A program made the translations under genes and the position numbers. The notes under the pieces are model-generated. The model saw only the letters and a list, made by a program, of their open reading frames with translations. It did not search any database and was not told where the DNA came from. This document shows positions 61,401 through 64,000 of a stretch of DNA of 64,000 nt, one piece after another. Positions within the stretch are counted from its first letter, which is position 1; each line of letters begins with the position of its first letter. The DNA comes from an uncultured Chitinophaga sp. (GTDB lineage: Bacteria > Bacteroidota > Bacteroidia > UKL13-3): positions 33,167 to 97,166 of the forward strand of contig CAZJHS010000001.1 in NCBI GenBank assembly GCA_964545895.1, written 5' to 3'.

Positions 61401-64000
61401 TGACTGCTTGTAATTACCACCAGGGTAATTTGTTTTATAAGGCACACCCCAACTATTATACAATGTAGTTATTACTTGTCCATCATAATCTGTTGTACTT
61501 GTTAAATTACCATAAATTAGTTCGTAAGAGACTTGTTTAGTATGGCCAAGTGCGTTGGTAATAACTGTAGGGAACTTACCATTATCATATGTAATGGTCT
61601 GTTTTCTAAATACATTAGGAGTGGTATTATTTGCACTATCAAGGGCTGTAGAAAACACATTACCGTATTTATCATACTCGGTAATCTCTTTAACATAGTA
61701 GTGTAAGCTGTATTTATAACGTTCTTTTGCAACAACCAACCCTTTAGCATTATAGCTATATTCAACTTCATCTAAGTGAGGTTGAGTAATGTTTTTGTGA
61801 GTATTGGTGGTGCGTGACTTAATTAAAGAAGCTGGTAACCAAGTACCATATTTTCCGTATAAGTTATCTATTGATGTGGTGTGTAATACAGCGCTATTGC
61901 CTGTATTACCCCAAGTTGTTGCCGAATGAATTAAATTACCATTTATGTCATACTCCGCGCATGTAATTTTTACTACACCAGTTTGATAATTTGTTTCAGT
62001 TGAATAGCTGTTGTAACTAAATACTGTTTTATTTAATGTGGTATGCACTTGGCTGTAGTCTAACTCTGTTTTACTTATTAAATCTTGAACTGTTGAGAAA
62101 GGAGATAATTTATCAGTACAATGATTATAAGCCCTAGCTATTTTTAAATCTAACTTATACGGCAACTCTACATTCTGTTCAAAGTTGTTTATTACAGTAT
62201 TATTTTTACCTGTTTGTAAGCTCTTGATTATGGCAGTTTCTTTAAAACCCATTAGGCCTCTACCGTGAGTAAAATAGAGTAAGTTTTTGTAGAAATACTC
62301 ATTAGTAACATCAGGAAAACCAGTTGTTTTATAGCTCATTTTCTTTACCAAATAAATTGGTAGGCTAACAGCATAGGCCATACTCATTTTATCAGGGTTT
62401 ACTGTTTTAGAATAAGTTGTGCTATTTGTTAATTTGTCATACTCAAAGCCGAAACTATGAACTGCGGTATACTGAACAAGAGAGACTCGCTTAGATTTAA
62501 GTGGAATTTTCTCTAGCATATATGATTGATTCATTAATATGATTGTATTTGCACCTTGCAAAATATCAGCCTTTCCATCGCCATCAAAATCGCTAACTAA
62601 GTTGTAATTATCAGAATATCTGTTACCATTAGTTGTCGTATTCGTTGTGCCTAAATACTGCTTATTAAAACCAAATCCTGTCGAGTAATAAATATTTACA
62701 CTATTACCAACATGTAGATCTGCTGGAGTAGTAGCATGATTATGTCGTTCTATAATGTCTGTTTTTCCATCTCCATTAAAATCACCTAAATCAAAATTAA
62801 GTGAACTAAATGCTGTATGATCATAAGTGCCACAATAGTTAATATTAAAATTATGTAAAAACCATAAATTAGTTGCATTGTATTCAACAAAGTTTTGCCC
62901 TGTTGAATATGCAATTCGCCATGAATTATTAACAAAATAAAGCAAATCAGTTTTGCTATCGCCATTAAAATCAGCCAATCGTATATATTTATGGTACAGG
63001 GTAGGAAATTGGAGGGTACCATCTCCATATATATGTTGCATACCAGTAAGTGTACTATTGGTTTCAATTATTTCTGTTTGGTCTGTATTTTTCTTCACAA
63101 ACATAAAATCTAGCTTTCCATTGCCATTGAAATCCATTGGATAAAAATCAATATTATCCAACATTCCATAATCAAGGTATCTGCTTGGTATAGACGAATT
63201 AAATCTGCGTGTACTTAAATACAAATGAAATGCGGTTCTATTCTCTGGTATAACTTCTGTTTTTGATGCAGCATTACAACTACCTTTCAAATCACGCTTT
63301 CCTTGCGTTTCTCGTTCAATTAAATCAAGTAAACCATCTCCGTCTACATCAGCCAACATTGGCATAATCATAAGTAATTTATTAAACTGATCTGTTGAGC
63401 TTACATGAAGACTTTGTGGATTTGCAAGAACTCTTTGAGGATAAATATTTTCAATTACCGCATAGTCTAGTTTTGTTGTAAATTTAGACTGAACCAAATG
63501 ATACTTAAATGTCATTTGATTTAAATAGTACTTTGTAAACTCAGAACAAATATAGCCCCCATCGTCATATGTGCTAGTCTGACTTATATTATCTAAGACT
63601 TGAAAAACAACATCATCATCTCCATCAGCATCAGCATCGCCTACCATAACTGAAGTTATATTATCGAATGGCAAATTATACTGCATAAGTAAAATAGGAG
63701 CCCCAGTTGGATTAATCCTGTAAGCTCTAAGTTTATTCCCCTTACCAAGTATTTTATTCTCGTATGGATTTAATACCCCGTCAATAGCTATTAAGTCTTT
63801 TTTTCCATCTCCATCCAGATCACCTGTTAATCTGAGATATTCTAAAGAGGTGTAAACGTTAATATTGTTTCGCTGAATAGATTCATCAGCTGTCCAATTA
63901 ATCGTAACGGGAACCAAAGACTCATTTGCTCCATTGCTCTCCTGCACTTGAGTTAAATAGGTATTTACATCATCATTAGTATAGGTAAACACATATTCTC
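58455..64000 (-). CDS. RHS/YD-repeat polymorphic toxin; the N-terminus lies beyond the window. Integrin-like FG-GAP/VCBS Ca-binding repeats, a long YD-repeat shell, a DPSGD autoproteolysis motif, and an unrecognised ~308-aa C-terminal toxin domain.
   Basis: N-proximal repeats DxDGDGKxDL (DLDGDGKKDLIAID, DFNGDGKTDII, DFDGDGKADIL). Many YD repeats (YDANLRLQSVSY, YDAQQPSGVKW, YNAFGELLAQKDANGNEFNFHYDDLGR). RHS core terminus …NPLKYTDPSGDF at ~59383-59397. The tail begins with a Gly/Ala-zipper hydrophobic stretch. Confidence 0.85.
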   Translation of the reverse strand, partial: EYVFTYTNDDVNTYLTQVQESNGANESLVPVTINWTADESIQRNNINVYTSLEYLRLTGDLDGDGKKDLIAIDGVLNPYENKILGKGNKLRAYRINPTGAPILLMQYNLPFDNITSVMVGDADADGDDDVVFQVLDNISQTSTYDDGGYICSEFTKYYLNQMTFKYHLVQSKFTTKLDYAVIENIYPQRVLANPQSLHVSSTDQFNKLLMIMPMLADVDGDGLLDLIERETQGKRDLKGSCNAASKTEVIPENRTAFHLYLSTRRFNSSIPSRYLDYGMLDNIDFYPMDFNGNGKLDFMFVKKNTDQTEIIETNSTLTGMQHIYGDGTLQFPTLYHKYIRLADFNGDSKTDLLYFVNNSWRIAYSTGQNFVEYNATNLWFLHNFNINYCGTYDHTAFSSLNFDLGDFNGDGKTDIIERHNHATTPADLHVGNSVNIYYSTGFGFNKQYLGTTNTTTNGNRYSDNYNLVSDFDGDGKADILQGANTIILMNQSYMLEKIPLKSKRVSLVQYTAVHSFGFEYDKLTNSTTYSKTVNPDKMSMAYAVSLPIYLVKKMSYKTTGFPDVTNEYFYKNLLYFTHGRGLMGFKETAIIKSLQTGKNNTVINNFEQNVELPYKLDLKIARAYNHCTDKLSPFSTVQDLISKTELDYSQVHTTLNKTVFSYNSYSTETNYQTGVVKITCAEYDINGNLIHSATTWGNTGNSAVLHTTSIDNLYGKYGTWLPASLIKSRTTNTHKNITQPHLDEVEYSYNAKGLVVAKERYKYSLHYYVKEITEYDKYGNVFSTALDSANNTTPNVFRKQTITYDNGKFPTVITNALGHTKQVSYELIYGNLTSTTDYDGQVITTLYNSWGVPYKTNYPGGNYKQSTNVLTNNTPTGTHSKVTSQTNLGEEAVTYLDARGLKIKQETKGFGGKIHLQEWVYDADGRLIKESNVYDAQQPSGVKWNWHQYDDYNRLIKTKYQNSIETYRVAYNGLVKTENYGLNKQKQTTLDAMGNVVQVTDNGGTITYKYGAHLKPIETASNGSVITINYNDQLNKIKLNDPNFGETLYDYNAFGELLAQKDANGNEFNFHYDDLGRVIKKFGMAKEYNYNYINSNGTAANGKLNYEELKVDGTITHKKEYEYYTTHGALKSVSEVVGNSINYNTGYLYDANLRLQSVSYPNIALSYSYGFGTDVIAITDGDNNLLWEKNSTTAAGVTNQFTYGNGFETTTSYNDDELLTSIESIKGTTTKALNVQYDFEYLTGNLNTRFFPDVNNHETFNYDNLDRLTEVTSSHLGNPAVVFDSKSYGYANNGNITSNSNGGLQEFTYHNNKLNAVTKHTFDETISPYRVPQGSLDDHNYTYNSIGKLALIVQANLEYKLHYGLDDERICAVKKENGLTTYTKRYINSASMEIKAGVELTYLYAEGEAFAIHKKTAEGQEIVYLHNDYQGSIMAITNQAGTIIETRSYDAWGRPRDPITWDYQLNPFSAVNITDRGYTFHEHLVEFSLINMNGRIYDPVMGRILSPDNYIQAPDNTQSFNRYSYCWNNPLKYTDPSGDFIFTAAVLIAAPFTAGASLALLPSAIGADIGAWQGGAMANGTANPFQWDYSSGKTWGYMGAGAAVGATSVAAASTVATSGMLGANTAAIFAGSFVNSVGTNIYTGGQTGVNFSLGMASYSSTSGWNGIWNWSKNSGLENFGYTLGALGNLGDIANVVDKFTHWEDKLAAKCKAYMDKWTSKNPNAKVDNASIKGNVNRSYPSYLGKNPRWWNPNLRGGAGWDDYMGMVDGWSWKEYAGYLHDAEYLGKGISVGAKYLLGSYKTMGADLRLMSRTLYLGLKHNSPFELLTGSLIGVINAQKTLYGWSIH

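Noticed and set aside
61517-63144. Small ORFs on both strands inside the RHS gene
   Set aside because: They are embedded in a long, continuous, motif-rich RHS reading frame, so they are chance ORFs.

Overview
The window reads as a chromosomal segment from a Bacteroidota bacterium, most likely of class Flavobacteriia. The evidence for that placement is: AT-rich sequence; Bacteroidetes-type TTG-N18-TAnnTTTG promoter motifs; a conserved mutY-ssb-gldE-gldD gliding-motility locus; a Rho with an N-terminal Q/N-rich insertion; an HU with a lysine-rich tail; and a tmRNA tag of the GENNYALAA type.

About 50 ORFs are mostly housekeeping, among them dnaA, ftsK, lpdA, a 2-oxoacid dehydrogenase E2, rho, guaB, fumC, thyA, queA, ssb, mutY and RNase E/G. 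Two RNA genes sit in gaps the ORF track fills with spurious ORFs: a tRNA-Leu(CAA) and a tmRNA (ssrA).

Four non-housekeeping items stand out:
- The 3' two-thirds of a very large RHS/YD-repeat polymorphic toxin gene on the minus strand. Its DPxGD cleavage motif is followed by an unrecognised ~308-aa C-terminal toxin module with a glycine-zipper membrane segment, and a lipoprotein that is a candidate immunity gene lies immediately downstream.
- A perfect 212-bp tandem repeat (2.3 copies) made of three related hairpins, downstream of ftsK.
- An unusual tri-domain fusion (DsbA-like thioredoxin, winged-helix-like region, FAD monooxygenase) directly downstream of ssrA.
- A WYL-domain regulator two genes upstream of a single-chain UvrD-helicase/Cas4-like Fe-S nuclease.

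Other observations worth follow-up are a tiny, highly basic bS22-like ORF the ORF track missed, a radical-SAM/SPASM enzyme followed by a 16-codon ORF, and degenerate DnaA boxes upstream of dnaA. Nothing was computed; all calls rest on reading motifs and translations by eye.
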